Shown: piece by piece, positions 12,636-28,636 of the stretch
Layout: every line of letters begins with the position of its first letter
Position numbering within the stretch: the first letter of the stretch is position 1
Origin: Octopus vulgaris
Lineage: Eukaryota
Assembly (NCBI GenBank): GCA_951406725.2
Contig: OX597831.1
Span: 19,530,001-19,594,000 of the forward strand
Length of the DNA stretch: 64,000 nt
Direction: 5' to 3'
Translations under genes and position numbers: made by a program
Notes under the pieces: model-generated
What the model saw: only the letters and a program-made list of their open reading frames with translations
Told to the model about the DNA's origin: nothing
Database searches by the model: none

Positions 12636-12900
12636 TGTATGTATACCTACATACATACATACATACCTTTATATATGTATATATATGTGTGTGTATATTG
12701 CAGGAGATTCTGAAGACATCTGGAGACTGTGGTGTTGAAGTCAATTGTGATTTTATTGAATAAATTTACTCTGTAGTATTTCAAGATCATTTTATGTAAT
12801 TTTGGTAAATATATCAGTTAGAATGAGATGTCAGTGATATTTTTATTTTCGTGTAATTTAGACGACAGTTTATTTACCGCACCCTCTCTCTCTCTCTCTT

Positions 12901-12982
<82 letters not shown>

Positions 12983-14316
12983 CATATATACACGCATATA
13001 TATATATATATATATATAATACATACATATATATACATACAGGTATATATGTAAATCTGTATGTATAAAGGGGGGAGAGAGGACAGAGAGACGAGGCAGT
13101 CCTTGTCTCTGTCAAGGGGTGGGGCAGAGACCAAAGCATGAAATCTCACCAGCAGACACAATATATTAAGTAATTTTAGAAGCGTGAATGCTTCTTTAAG
13201 CATTATGATATGTTTGAAGGAACAGCAGAGTTTTGCATACATCATTAAATAGCAAAGACACAGAGATAATAGAATAAACATTAGAATTAGAGACTGGAAA
13301 ATATCTGAGAAATACACATTTGCAATGTTGACCACAGCAAGAAGACAGCGGGAATAACAAAGAAAATACAACCTTATTAGAAAACAATATCTAGGAATGG
13401 CGAAATTTGTCAAGCAAGAGAATTTATCAATGACAAAATTTTTCACGTGGAAATCTTATGAAATCGATAAAGTGAAATTGTTTGAGTTAAATACATTCAA
13501 ACTAGACGCAAGCATTATGTCTCCGATATTCGTAAGAGTATATTCGAAAAATGATGTATATTATCCAACTCTATATTTGAAGAGCCGGTATCTAGTATCA
13601 GTAAAAACATATCTCCCCAAGCCAACGTTTTAGAGACCAAGTAAAGCTAATAACAGAGCCGCTGGTAATCGTTTGAAGTTCTCGTTGGTGAGCATTCTCT
13701 TTTCAGTCGTAATGGGTTTGGTGGCTGCGACGATCCACTGTGTTCTTCCATGTCTTACTCATGTGCAAAGCCTGAAGGCCATTTGGCGATTACTCATTTA
13801 CAGCTAAGTGGTCTGAAAGTATATAGTGCGTAGATCGAATCCACGATCTTGCGATCATAGCGCAATATTGGAGGACCACTTTGAAGAGTTTCTACGAATA
13901 AATCTGAACCCCAGTTTTATTTAGTAAATTAGCTGAGCACTTGCCATATAGGCTTAAGTTCGAACAATCTTGTGTTTTCGTATAGTCAGTGACACAAACA
14001 AATTTGTGCAACACAGGAGTTTTAGTGGTACACTGATCTGAGAACTCATTGCACATACCTATTAATATAAGTTAAACGATGTATACTCCTTGCATTTCCT
14101 TTATGGGTAACTATATAAAATAGACAGATTAGTATATGCATAAGTGTATAAATACACGCGTAGGCGTATACGTCCCTATATGAATATATACCTATGGATA
14201 TATATATATATACATATTTATATTCTATTCCTGAGCGTTATACTAATACATCTGTTTGTTTTTTACACCACCTGACTTCGTCTTTTTTTTTCGTAAACTT
14301 TCCCTATATATATATG

Positions 14317-14348
<32 letters not shown>

Positions 14349-14628
14349 TATACATATGTAAAAATGTTGAAATAGATTCGACCTTCAATTTGGAGTTTTC
14401 CACAAATTTGGAGTTGAAGTTTCTAATTTCTTTACACTTCTATAGAGAGAACGTCTTTGAAACCTCTCTTACTTATATTTTCAAATAACCGTTATAGCCT
14501 TTACTTATTGTTAATACCTAACTGGACTCACATATCTTTTTATCGCCTAAGGATAAATATCAATCATTTAGAACCTGTTCTGCTATTTCCATTCTCAAGT
14601 CTTTTGTACAAATCTTCTTTGTACTTCC

Positions 14629-14736
14629 TGCGCTGAAGAGTACAGTGATGTATAATTAATTTCATTAATTTAATCAATTCAGTTCAAACATAAATTTGCA
14701 TGACTTTTATATCTCTGAACGAAACAATCGTCTGCA
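14629..14736 (+). ncRNA. Type I hammerhead ribozyme with extended stem II, family B
   Basis: TGCG-CTGAAGA(14633-14639)-GTACAGTGATGTA...TATATCTCTGAAC-GAAAC-AATC-GTC-TGCA. Core intact; two mismatches in stem II. Confidence 0.7.
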
Positions 14737-14920
14737 TGAATTACATCTTCTCTTCTCCATTTTTAACAAAATTGTTGTGTTTTGTGGGATTTCTTACTAC
14801 AAATTCACATCACATCATATAGAAGTATCTATATATACATATATATGCATTGTGACCTCGTGTGTACCGTTGGCGATTTTTCCCTCTGTCTTCCCTTCTC
14901 TAGATCTTTCCTTCTCTTAT

Positions 14921-14955
14921 GTTTCCGACGAAGAGGTCCGCTCGAAACGTTAAAC
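14921..14955 (+). ncRNA. Minimal hammerhead-like motif, family C (core variant CCGACGA)
   Basis: GTTT-CCGACGA-A-GAG-GTCCG-CTC-GAAACGTT-AAAC, with a palindromic AACGTT stem III of the kind seen in dimeric PLE HHRs. Confidence 0.5.
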
Positions 14956-15050
14956 CTTCCTTTTTCCTTCTTTCCTGAGCGTCCAATAATACTATATTTG
15001 TTCCACGTCCTCGCGTTGTTATGTTTTTTTTTGTGCTTTCTTGTTTGGAT

Positions 15051-15103
<53 letters not shown>

Positions 15104-15325
15104 TCAATATAGGGTGGCAAAAAAAATTTTGTAGAATTCTTTTGCCACCAGCGGCCTAGTGGGAAAAAAATTAAATAGTCATAGACCATTTTTAAGTTCA
15201 ACATCAACAATCAAGGAACGGCCATAATAGGCCATTCACCCACTAGAAATAACAGCCAAAGCTTCAACCGCAAATAAAAATTAATTCCGTAAACCAGAGA
15301 AAATTTAAAAAACATTTACCCTGTA

Positions 15326-15432
15326 ATTTCTTATACGATATACCGTTTCATCTGCTGATTAATGGTAAACTAACCTGATTAAATTAAATCAAGCCAATCA
15401 TCCACAGGCCCTCAGATTCTTCAGTAAGAAAT
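15326..15432 (-). ncRNA. Type I hammerhead ribozyme, family D, copy 1
   Basis: Reverse complement of 16460-16566 with one loop substitution; all core nucleotides intact. Confidence 0.9.
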
Positions 15433-15817
15433 AGCCCAAGTCGGAACAGATATTTTCACGAGGCATTTCCGACCTTGCCAAGTTTATATCTGACCTAAAA
15501 TTTTCAAATCGTCGCACTCGCGCCAAATTTATCGGCAGCAAATAAATATAAGCCGTCGATTCCATTACGGAATTAACCAGAAAATTCATAATTAATCAAT
15601 ATAGAGTGGCAAAAAAAATTTTGTAGAATTCTTTTGCCACCAGCGGCCTAGTGGGAAAAAATTAAATAGTCATAGACCATTTTTAAGTTCAACATCAACA
15701 ATCAAGGAACGGCCATAATAGGCCATTCACCCACTAGAAATAACAGCCAAAGCTTCAACCGCAAATAAAAATTAATTCCGTAAACCAGGAGAAAATTTAA
15801 AAAACATTTACCCTGTA

Positions 15818-15924
15818 ATTTCTTATACGATATACCGTTTCATCTGCTGATTAATGGTAAACTAACCTGATTAAATTAAATCAAGCCAATCTTCCACAGG
15901 CCCTCAGATTCTTCAGTAAGAAAT
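15818..15924 (-). ncRNA. Type I hammerhead ribozyme, family D, copy 2
   Basis: Exactly 492 bp from copy 1; core intact. Confidence 0.9.
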
Positions 15925-16459
15925 AGCCCAAGTCGGAACAGATATTTTCACGAGGCATTTCCGACCTTGCCAAGTTTATATCTGACCTAAAATTTTCAAA
16001 TCGTCGCACTCGCGCCAAATTTATCGGCAGCAAATAAATATAAGCCGTCGATTCCATTACGGAATTAACCAGAAAATTCATAATTAATCAATGTAGGGTG
16101 CCAAAAAAATTTTGTAGAATTCTTTTGCCACCAGCGGCCTAGTGGGAAAAAATTAAATAGTCATAGACCATTTTTAAGTTCAACATCAACAATCAACGAA
16201 CGGCCATATTAGGCCATTCACCCACTAGAAATAACAGCCAAAGCTTATATTGATTAATTATTGATTAATTGATTATTATAGCCAAAGCTATATTGATTAA
16301 TTATGAATTTTCTGGTTAATTCCGTAATGGAATCGACGGCTTATATTTATTTGCTGCCGATAAATTTGGCGCGAGTGCGACGATTTGAAAATTTTAGGTC
16401 AGATATAAACTTGGCAAGGTCGGAAATGCCTCGTGAAAATATCTGTTCCGACTTGGGCT

Positions 16460-16566
16460 ATTTCTTACTGAAGAATCTGAGGGCCTGTGGAAGATTGGCT
16501 TGATTTAATTTAATCAGGTTAGTTTACCATTAATCAGCAGATGAAACGGTATATCGTATAAGAAAT
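16460..16566 (+). ncRNA. Type I hammerhead ribozyme, family D, copy 3
   Basis: ATTTCTTA(16460)-CTGAAGA(16468-16474)-ATCTG..58 nt..CAGAT-GAAAC(16543)-GGTATATC-GTA(16556-16558)-TAAGAAAT: perfect 8-bp stem I, 5-bp stem II base, stem III ACGG/TCGT. Confidence 0.9.
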
Positions 16567-16686
16567 TACAGGGTAAATGTTTTTTAAATTTTCTCCTGGT
16601 TTACGGAATTAATTTTTATTTGCGGTTGAAGCTTTGGCTGTTATTTCTAGTGGGTGAATGGCCTATTATGGCCGTTCCTTGATTGT

Positions 16687-19600
<2,914 letters not shown>

Positions 19601-19870
19601 TACTCAGTAGAATGCTTAATGCTAGCTAATTAGCAAATAATCTAATGTGAAAGCCGTGCACACCTCCATCTGGACTATTCCATTTCTGCACTTAAATTTT
19701 ATTTTTTATTTATTCCCATTTATGTGAAACCACTGATTCAAGTTCAAGTCATTGATGCAATTTTATACAACTTTAATAAAAACTTATACCTACTCTTCTG
19801 ACGAAAACAATGCCGTTCTGAACATTTTGGCCGCAACTGTATATATATATACATACATACATACATACAT

Positions 19871-19933
<63 letters not shown>

Positions 19934-19946
19934 CATACATACAAAC

Positions 19947-19994
<48 letters not shown>

Positions 19995-20437
19995 TATTTT
20001 CATTTTATTTTTATAATGCATATTAGTCATCAATGACGTCGCTAATGGTTGAATGAATGTCTTAAACTGAATTTGATTCAGGTGTTTCGGTTTCTTAGCG
20101 TTTAATAACTGCTAAAATTTGTTCAAATGTTCAGTTAAAATTTAACCATTTTCGATTTCCTGATAATGTTCTATTAACAATTATATTTTCGAAGGTATTA
20201 TTATTAATTCTTAATAATATGTCTATATAGAAACAGACTGACAGACTGACAGGCAGACAGACAGAGACAGACAGACAAATACAGACAGACGGACAGAGAA
20301 GGAAAGAAAATGGAGAAAGATGGATGTATGAATAACTTATTTGTATGATACAAAGATGTTGAAATCTCATGCAAATGAATTATTAATACCTCCATATGTC
20401 TCCCTTTTCTTTGTTTTTCTATTAATAATATGTATTA

Positions 20438-21106
20438 CTACAATAATCCCTTTCGCATATTGCAGAGACTTTCTCGTTATATGATTAACCAGTGGAATTT
20501 TGGGGATTATAGAATTCCTATATAACCCATGATAGGTAAAAATCTGCGAAGCAGAAGCAGTACTGTACTGTATTTTTTTTCATTATTTTTATAATTTGTA
20601 TATATTTATTTTATAACAAATGCAAAACAACATCACGGAGGATTCCACGTAAGCTTAAATAATTAACCGCGATAGGTGAACCGCGATATGGCGAAGAATT
20701 ACTGTGTGTATATATCACCGTGATCACCGTCACCGACCAGGCTCTCAGAAACATGCGCTTTGCATTGTTTTAGCCTTCATACGACGCCACCACGCTGGCT
20801 AAGCGAGCAGGCCAACAGAAGAAAGAGTGAGAGAAAGTTGTGGTGAAAGAGTACAGCAGGGATCGCCTCCACCCCTGCCGGAGCTTCGTGGAGCTTTAGG
20901 TGTTTTCACTCAACAAACATTCACAACGTTCATATATATATATGGATTCCTCCGTGCTGCTGTTTTGCATTTTTAATAAAATAAATATGTACAAATTATA
21001 AGAATAATAAAAAAGTACAGTACAGTACTGTTCTACTTTGAGGATTTTCACCTAACTCATAGGGTTTTGGAACGTAACACCTGTGATAGTCGAGAGATAA
21101 CTGTAC
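20438..21106. mobile_element. Tigger/pogo-like MITE remnants forming an inverted pair (20515-20646 vs 20944-21070) with another repeat between them
   Basis: CAGTACTGTACT..TGCAAAACAACATCACGGAGGATTCC is mirrored by GGATTCCTCCGTGCTGCTGTTTTGCA..AGTACAGTACTG. Ends resemble ..ACTGTA Tc1/pogo termini. Confidence 0.5.
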
Positions 21107-21795
21107 GTATACAAGCATATGTGTGTGTACGCGCTTGTAATTATAAATTCCAGTCAAGTAGTGTACCTGACATAATCAGTGTTTATTTTTTCCCTCTCTA
21201 ATCTCCCTCCTCATTTCTCTTGTCTGTAAGTAATGTAAGATTTGGCGTAAAAAGTCTACATACACAAATCACTTTTTTCTTTCAATATCTGGCGTTGAAT
21301 GTTATTTTAGAAATCATGTCTGATCTAACATACAGAGTCAATAAGAATGGCAAAGGTTTTATGAAAAGACATTTGTTAACTTACAAACGATGCATATATA
21401 CAGACACACATGTGTGTGCGTGTCTGTGTAGGAACGTATTGGAATAAATATGCTTCGAAGCAGACTGTTGATATACTAGCCAATAATATATTAGGTCCAT
21501 CTATCATCTTCAAGAACCGTATTACAAAGAACAATTTATCTTCAGTAACAGAGATATGTTATGCAACCTGCAGGCACTTCTCACATCAACCTTCAGCAAC
21601 TTTAAATGCACTTCAGATTTCTATATTGTGTATTTTTCTTTGTTTTTAAAATTATTCTTACTAATATTATTGTTGTTGTTGTAGTTGGGGTTATTTTGCC
21701 AAATCAGAAACGATTATCATTAACATTATAATATAAAATATTATTAATATTAATAATTCTAGCACAAGTTTTGTTGATACCTGCAGCTTACGGTA

Positions 21796-21972
<177 letters not shown>

Positions 21973-21973
21973 T

Positions 21974-22375
21974 AAGGCGGCGAGATGGCAGAAACGTTAG
22001 CACGCCGGGCGAAATGCGTAGCCGTATTTTGTCTGCCGCTACGTTCTGAGTTCAAATTCCGCCGAAGTCGACTTTGCCTTTCATCCTTTCGGGGTACATA
22101 AATTAAGTAACATTTACGCACTGGGGTCGATATAATTGATTTAATCCGTCTTTCTGCCTTTGTTTGTCTACTCCGTGTTTAGCCCCTTGTGGGTAGTAAA
22201 GGAATAGGTATTTCGTCTGTCGCTGCGTTCTGAGTTCAAATTCCGCTGAGGTCAACTTTGCCTTTCATCCTTTCGGGGTTGATGAAATAAGTTCCAATTA
22301 CGCACTGGAGTTGATGTAATTGACTTGCCCCCTTTGCCAACAATTCTCAAGGCCTTGTGCCTAGAGTAGAAATAA
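21974..22375 (+). mobile_element. SINE family 1 (Octopus-type, Nin-domain-like core), with internal partial duplication
   Basis: AAGGCGGCGAG.TGGCAGAAACGTTAGC..GAGTTCAAATTCC (B-box-like)..GTCGACTTTGCCTTTCATCCTTTCGGGG. Further copies at 26240-26470+, 26935-27130-, 35725-35865-, 43190-43960+ (degenerate) and 59110-59512-. Confidence 0.8.
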
Positions 22376-22459
22376 TCATTATTTTCATATACACTCAACT
22401 GATTACACTGTTGAAAAAGAAATAAATCCTAACATCGGGCTACAGCAAATAATCTTAGA

Positions 22460-22900
22460 TTCCAAGAACCCTCCTAAGTAACCTTGCTCTCTCTAATAAC
22501 ACAATTTCCTGCAGCTGTACTAAACAGGGTTTTATGCCTATTTCCTCTATCCATCTGTTCAAATCTTTAGAGACAGTTCCCGAAGCACCTATAACTACTG
22601 AAATACATTTTACCCGCACATTCTATAGTCTCTATTATAGCTAGGTTATGGTACTTTGCTATTTTACCTATACGACTCATATTGATGTTTTCATCATTTG
22701 TGACTGTAAAGTCTATTATCCGGTACTTTCTATTGTCTTTATCTCCCACTACCAAATCAGGCCTTCTGGCTTTTATTATTCTGTCAGTCTGAATGTTAAA
22801 GTCCCACAACATCTTATATTTCTTACTTTCTAGTACTTTACTAGGTTCATGTTCATACCATCTATCAGTATGTTTAGATCCTATAGGTATTTGGGGATAT
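22460..22900 (-). pseudogene. C-terminal restriction-like endonuclease fragment of an R4/Dong-type non-LTR retrotransposon
   Basis: DRWYEHEPSKVLE..KMLWDFNIQTDRIIKARRPDLVVGDKDNRKYRIIDF..KIAKY matches the RPD...D...K..KY RLE motif. Confidence 0.8.
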
Positions 22901-23834
22901 TTACATTATGAGTTTATTCTTGTCTGTTTTTTTTTTTTTGGCTTTTTTTTGTAGTAGAATCGCATAGTAGTGTGTGTAAATCATAGATCAACTATTTTGA
23001 TAGTATTTATGATTATTTGTCCACCGTTTTTTCTCTTTTAGTTGGTTCTGGTATAGGTCCCGTTTTTACAGCGTTTACTTTTTTAACTGAACACCGCCCA
23101 TGGACATGTGCTGTTATTTCTTTCGTAGTTATAATTACAATTAGGATTATTATCGATTTATCAGCGAGAAAGCGAGAGGAAATAACAGTGTGCAAATATA
23201 CAGAGGTTTTGTATAAATATGAATGTATATGTAATTAAAATGTAGAATTTAAAAATTTTACTCACAGGTTTGCAGCTTTCGTATAGTAATGTCTTCACGT
23301 CTCTGTGCCTACGTTGCTTAAACAGTTCATCTGGGCAAAGCTATGTTTTTTATATATATATACTCCAAATAAGCAAAATATTCCACACCGATGCATGTAG
23401 GCCCCCGCCCCTAATACAAGTGCACATACACACATACACACACATACACACACAGACACACAGACACGCACGCCCACACGAGGACATGTTGAAAGGGAAA
23501 GGCATCTGCGGTATATCCGGTAAAGTATAAAGGAACAGGCTAATAATGATCTTATACATATTATATACTTATCAGAAGAGAAATGTTACACAGAGTTGGA
23601 ATAAATTAGACATGAATTAAAAAGCCATGCTCGGACAATATTATCGGGTACTACCATTATAGTATGTTCCTACCATTAACGAAGCTAGTACTGTAACTAG
23701 CTGAAATGTACCATATTAACAGATCTAAGTCATAATCCCATATATGGGATATTATATATAAGTAATGTGGCTATTCTGTTGTGTAATTGGTTGAACATAT
23801 ACGTTCCCTATATAATAGGAAGCACCATAAATAA

Positions 23835-24193
23835 AAGATGGTGATCTCATTCTCGCCCACAACATCATAAGCGGAAAGCGTAACCTCTCGAAAGAGCTGT
23901 TCTTCACTCCTGCTCCAGAGCGTCGGCTGCGGAGTCATTCCGAAAAGCTCTACCTGCGACGATTTCATCTCAATCGAAGGAGAGGAGCTTTCTCCGTCCG
24001 GGTTGCGGATCCGTGGAACAAGCTGCCAGACGAGATGATGAAGATGCCGACAACCGCTTTGTTCAAAGACTCCCTTGACCTCAAGTGGCCTGAACTCTTT
24101 ACATGAACACCATCCTGTACTTAACTCCATGTCCCCCTACATGGCCTTGCTATTTGCTTTTGAGCCAAATTAACTAACTAACTAACTAACTAA
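23835..24193 (+). mobile_element. CR1 LINE 3' fragment with (TAAC)n tail
   Basis: Manual translation GDLILAHNIISG..RRLRSHSEKLYLRRFHLNRRRGAFSVRVADPWNKLPDEMM..FKDSLD is a CR1 ORF2 C-terminus; followed by (AACT)n at 24172-24193. Confidence 0.85.
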
Positions 24194-25339
24194 GAGAATC
24201 GAAGGAAGACTTGAGGGCGCATAGGAAAAGTTCTGGATAATGATGAACTTATTATTGTACCGCTGTCAGAGATCCATGGATGGGATTTGGGTTCGCTGAG
24301 TAGGGTACCTACATTGCATATATGTTACGGATGTTGGTTCCTTATATGGAAGATAAAATAGTGAGAGGGTAAAAGAAAATAATAACATGCTGCCTATGAG
24401 AGCTACTGTTAAGTTGGACAGTGTTGCAGTTAACTGGTTCAACCGGGATTTATGTTGGGTTAGAATATGCACATAGGTTCAATTATTTCGATTTAGGGCA
24501 GGTATGATTTGTGCTAAGTAAGGTGTGGTCGAATATGATAATTTTACGTTCTACCTATTGAAAATTTTATGTTATTATGTATATAGCGAAAAGGTTATCT
24601 AATGCCCTTAAGAAGATGTCAGGCACGTAAGAGGCGGTTTTCAGTGTAAAGGTGGGTTAAATCAAACCATATTTCTCTTCGCGCTTGCTGAGTGACGCAT
24701 CAGAACACAATTGTCGACAGTATATTGTGATATAGGGCTTACCCTGTAGTTTAAGGCAGCATTCGGTAACGGATCTATTTCCTGAATGCTGCGTTCGTAG
24801 AGTTTATTTTATTTAGCATACTTCCATGCATAACCACTGTTCAGTTAAGCTCTAAATTCTAGGTTTTCTACTTTAACACTTTCAGAAAGACCCACCCCAT
24901 TAGCTTTCCCCTTCTCTTTTCATTTCTTTTTCCTTTTTATGTCTCCACATATCTCAATCTAAGGTCACCAGTACACTTCAGCTTTCTTTCATGTGATTTA
25001 TTGAATATCTCCTACCATCCACATCACTTCCCCTTACCACACACATCACTAGTGCCATTTTATTATTATTATTATTTGATTTTTATCACTCTCTTCTCAC
25101 TATTAGTATTGAAGCAGTAGTTGTTGTCGTTGCTTTCAACTTCGTCCGTCTGCCCCTTTTGTCTGGCCAACGTTGTCGCTTGTGTTAACGTGAAATAACT
25201 TTTCACACATCAAATACAATTTGTTATCAATGACTACCTACTAACTGGCCATTCTCACAATTTATCCCTAAGTTTCAGCCGGTTACACTGAATAGCTCTC
25301 AATTGTTCTTTTCCTTCTCATATCTCCGTTCTTCATGTC

Positions 25340-25676
25340 GTTATCTTCTTTTTCTTCTCTTACCACTCTTCTTCCTTCTTCATCATCTCTTCCTTCCACT
25401 TCTTCTTCATCATCATCTCCTCCTCTTTCTTATTCTTTATCACCTTTTCTTTTTCTTTATTCTTGTTCTTCTACTCTTCCTTCTTTTTCTTCTTCTCTCT
25501 CTCCTCCTCCTACCCATCATTCTCCTCCTCCTTCTTCATCATCTCCTCCTTCCTCTTCTTCTTCATCATCATCTCCTCCTTCTTTTCCTTATTCTTATTC
25601 TTCATCATTTTTTTATCTTTCTTCTTATTCTCCTCCTCCTCCCTTTTCTTCTTCTTCTCCTTCATTATTCTCACAT

Positions 25677-25715
<39 letters not shown>
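25340..25715. repeat. CT-rich low-complexity tract ((CTT/CCT)n, then (CT)n)
   Basis: Directly visible. Confidence 0.9.
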
Positions 25716-25717
<2 letters not shown>

Positions 25718-26239
25718 CAATTATTCATTCTTTAATCATACTTTTATTTATTTGTTGTTTCCTCGCAATATAAACAAGAAACAATGTATGGAAGATGCAC
25801 CACATAAAAGCCCACTTTTGACGCAAGTCTGAAGAGTGGTCATTCCGATGTCTAAAACCGCAAAACTTATGTAAATTTTCACTTCGACTTTTTGCATAAA
25901 CTGGATTTGCTAGAATACGTGGTACAGAAATAATTGCTACTGATCATTACATATGCGTTAAAGTATTTCTTTTGTCACAATATTTCGATTATATTTTGCC
26001 TTAGCTAAACCCTCACAATGGTTTTACCGCCGTGAAACCAGGGTTTTCTACACCTACATACATATATATATATTCTTATATATACATATATATTATGTAT
26101 ATAAGCATATATATATATACACATGCACACACACATATATATATATATAAAATATACATATATCGCTCAAACAATTACATATATATATATATATATATAT
26201 ATATAACTTATAAGTAAGGGCTAAAGAAAAATTATTTCA

Positions 26240-26470
26240 AAGGCGGCGAGCTGGCAGAAACGTTAGCACGCCGGGCGAAATTCTTAGCGGTATTTCGTCT
26301 GTCGTTACGTTCTGAGTTCAAATTCCGCCGAGGTCGACTTTGCCTTTCATCCTTTCGGGGTCGATAAATAAAGTACCAGTTTTGCACTGAGGTCGATATA
26401 ATCGACTTAATCCCTTTGTCTGTCCTTGTTTTTCCCCTCTATGTTTAGCCCCTTGTTGGTAGTAAAGAAA
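26240..26470 (+). mobile_element. SINE family 1 copy
   Basis: Near-identical head and core to 21974. Confidence 0.85.
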
Positions 26471-27821
26471 TATATATATATATATATATATGCATATCTG
26501 GGTACAGGAATTCATGAAACGTGCACAACAAAAATGTACGAAGTACGAGTACATGGAACATGGACTATTCTTTCGAACAACGAAAGACATAAATGGAAAA
26601 CAAGACAAACAACGCATAGAACGATCCTTCATCAGTTGTTGGCTGTTTTTTCTAATCTCGTATTTGGAGCATTTAACAAAATATGTGTGTGAGTTTGTAT
26701 TTATGTCTGTCTTCGTGCGTGCTTGCGTGTTTGTGTTTGTGCGTGCACATCTGTAGCAAGACTATCTTAGAAGAATGTTCCTTTAAACGCCGCATAGTGG
26801 GACCTCAACCTAGTTGAAAAATGCAAAGCGTGCTTCTTAACCATACACGCACAAGTCAAATCGGTCTCTTAGAAATAATGTTGGCGGAAATATACCGTTA
26901 CACTGTGTAGTACAGAATACAAGATATAATCTTTTCTATTCTAGGTAGAAGGCCTGAAATTTGGTAGGAGGGGCCAGTCAATTAGTTTGACTCCAGTACG
27001 TAACTGGTACTGAATTTGTCGACCCCGAAAGGATGAAGGGCAAAGTTGACTTCGGTGGAATTTGCACTCAGAACATAGCGGCAGATGAAATCCCGCTAAT
27101 TATTTCGCCTGGAGTGCTAACGATTCTGCCAAATGTACCAATAATAATGCTCCAGTGATATATAAATTGGAAAAAGTAATTTGCTACTTTCTTTGCGTTC
27201 CTCGTAAACTTTATTGGACATGTGCCAACGGTAGAAAGAACAGTTACAAGAATACGAGTTTTCATTACTTATTTAAATATTTGTTTTCTTCCATGGAAAT
27301 ATTTCGATTCTCAGATTCATAAATATTGATTATGATTCTTCCTTTGATTTATTTATCAGCAACCAAAATATCAGATCACCAGGTTTCCATGAAACATAGT
27401 TTTTAGGCATTAGATGTCAAACAATAATTTTTCTTTTTGCTCTTTTTTTCCCCCTTTTGTCAAACATAGAACTTTCAACTCCATATTACAAATATCTTTG
27501 TTGCTTGAAACCTTTAGGCATCAAGCCAAGGTGGGTCCTGATATGCTACGTAGACAGACAAATAGCTAAATGTGACTGTTCAACAATCAATACCAGATGT
27601 GCATGTGTGATAGCGTGCGTGATGCTCGATTATGTGTGTGTGTGTTTATGTTCTAGAATTTTATCAGACGTTCATAAAGACTACAATGATGATTTTCAAT
27701 ATATTTTGAAAGTAGATGAATATGTATGCATAATTACACAAACACACACGTACACACATATATACATATATGTACACAAATACATATAGAAACATAGATG
27801 CGTGTGTGGATGGATGCCTGC

Positions 27822-27871
<50 letters not shown>

Positions 27872-27882
<11 letters not shown>

Positions 27883-28552
27883 GAAATGAGGTAATCAGAA
27901 GATCGGATGGTTCATATTTATAGATATTTATTTATATATTACATTTTTTACATATATATATCTCATATCATTCAGATCATATCATTCAGATTATTAGCGC
28001 TTTCTCCCATTCTAGTGGGGTTTTCAAATCAAATTAATTCCTTTGTGGGGAATTTGATCATTTTATAGAGTTTCGTAGTAGTGGGGAGGAACAAGACAGT
28101 ATAAGAGGGTGAGTTGGATGAGGAGGAGTGAGAGCGAGAACATGTGTGTATGTGTATGTGTGTGTATGTGTGTGTGTGTATGTGTGTGTGTGTGTGCGCG
28201 CGTTTGTATCTGAGGCTAAAGACACACACACATACACATACACACATGTTCTCTCTCTCTCACTTCCTCCTCATCCACCTCACCCTCTTATACTGTCTTG
28301 TTCCTCCCCACTACTACGAAACTCTATAAAATGATCAAATTCCCCACAAAGGAATTAATTTGATTTGAAAACCCCACTAGAATGGGAGAAAGCGCTAATA
28401 ATCTGAATGATATGATCTGAATGATATGAGATATATATGTAAAAAATGTAATATATAAATATATATCTATAAATATGAACCATCCGATCTTCTGATTACC
28501 TCATTTCTTCTAATATATAATACCTGTACATCATCTCCAAACCTTCCAATAT
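27872..28552. repeat. Near-perfect ~300-bp-arm palindrome with a ~25-bp spacer; PLE-type inverted terminus
   Basis: 27872-28195 is the reverse complement of 28222-28520. The right arm extends ~30 bp further. Contains GAAA-GCGC-TA, which resembles an HHR 3' half. Confidence 0.85.
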
Positions 28553-28597
28553 ATATATATATATATATATATATTTATGCAAACACAAATACTCATA

Positions 28598-28636
<39 letters not shown>

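Larger units (their letters stand above)
15097..16690. repeat. 492-bp tandem repeat (2.3 direct copies starting 15097, 15589, 16081) plus an inverted ~400-bp copy (16291-16690); one HHR per unit; retrozyme/PLE pseudo-LTR-like
   Basis: Near-identical units; duplicate ORFs start at 15589-, 16081- and 16303+. Flanked on both sides by (TA)n. Confidence 0.92.

Noticed and set aside
13060-13446. Signal-peptide-like ORF (..[26 protein letters not shown])
   Set aside because: No recognisable homology or splice signals; runs into microsatellite.
15398-16503. Three copies of a 63-66 aa ORF (MNFLVNSVMES..)
   Set aside because: Identity reflects the DNA repeat. No recognisable domain; the ORF overlaps the HHR, and one copy has an earlier stop.
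19795-19830. CTGACGA as a hammerhead core
   Set aside because: No downstream GAAA-stem III-NUH or stem I partner.
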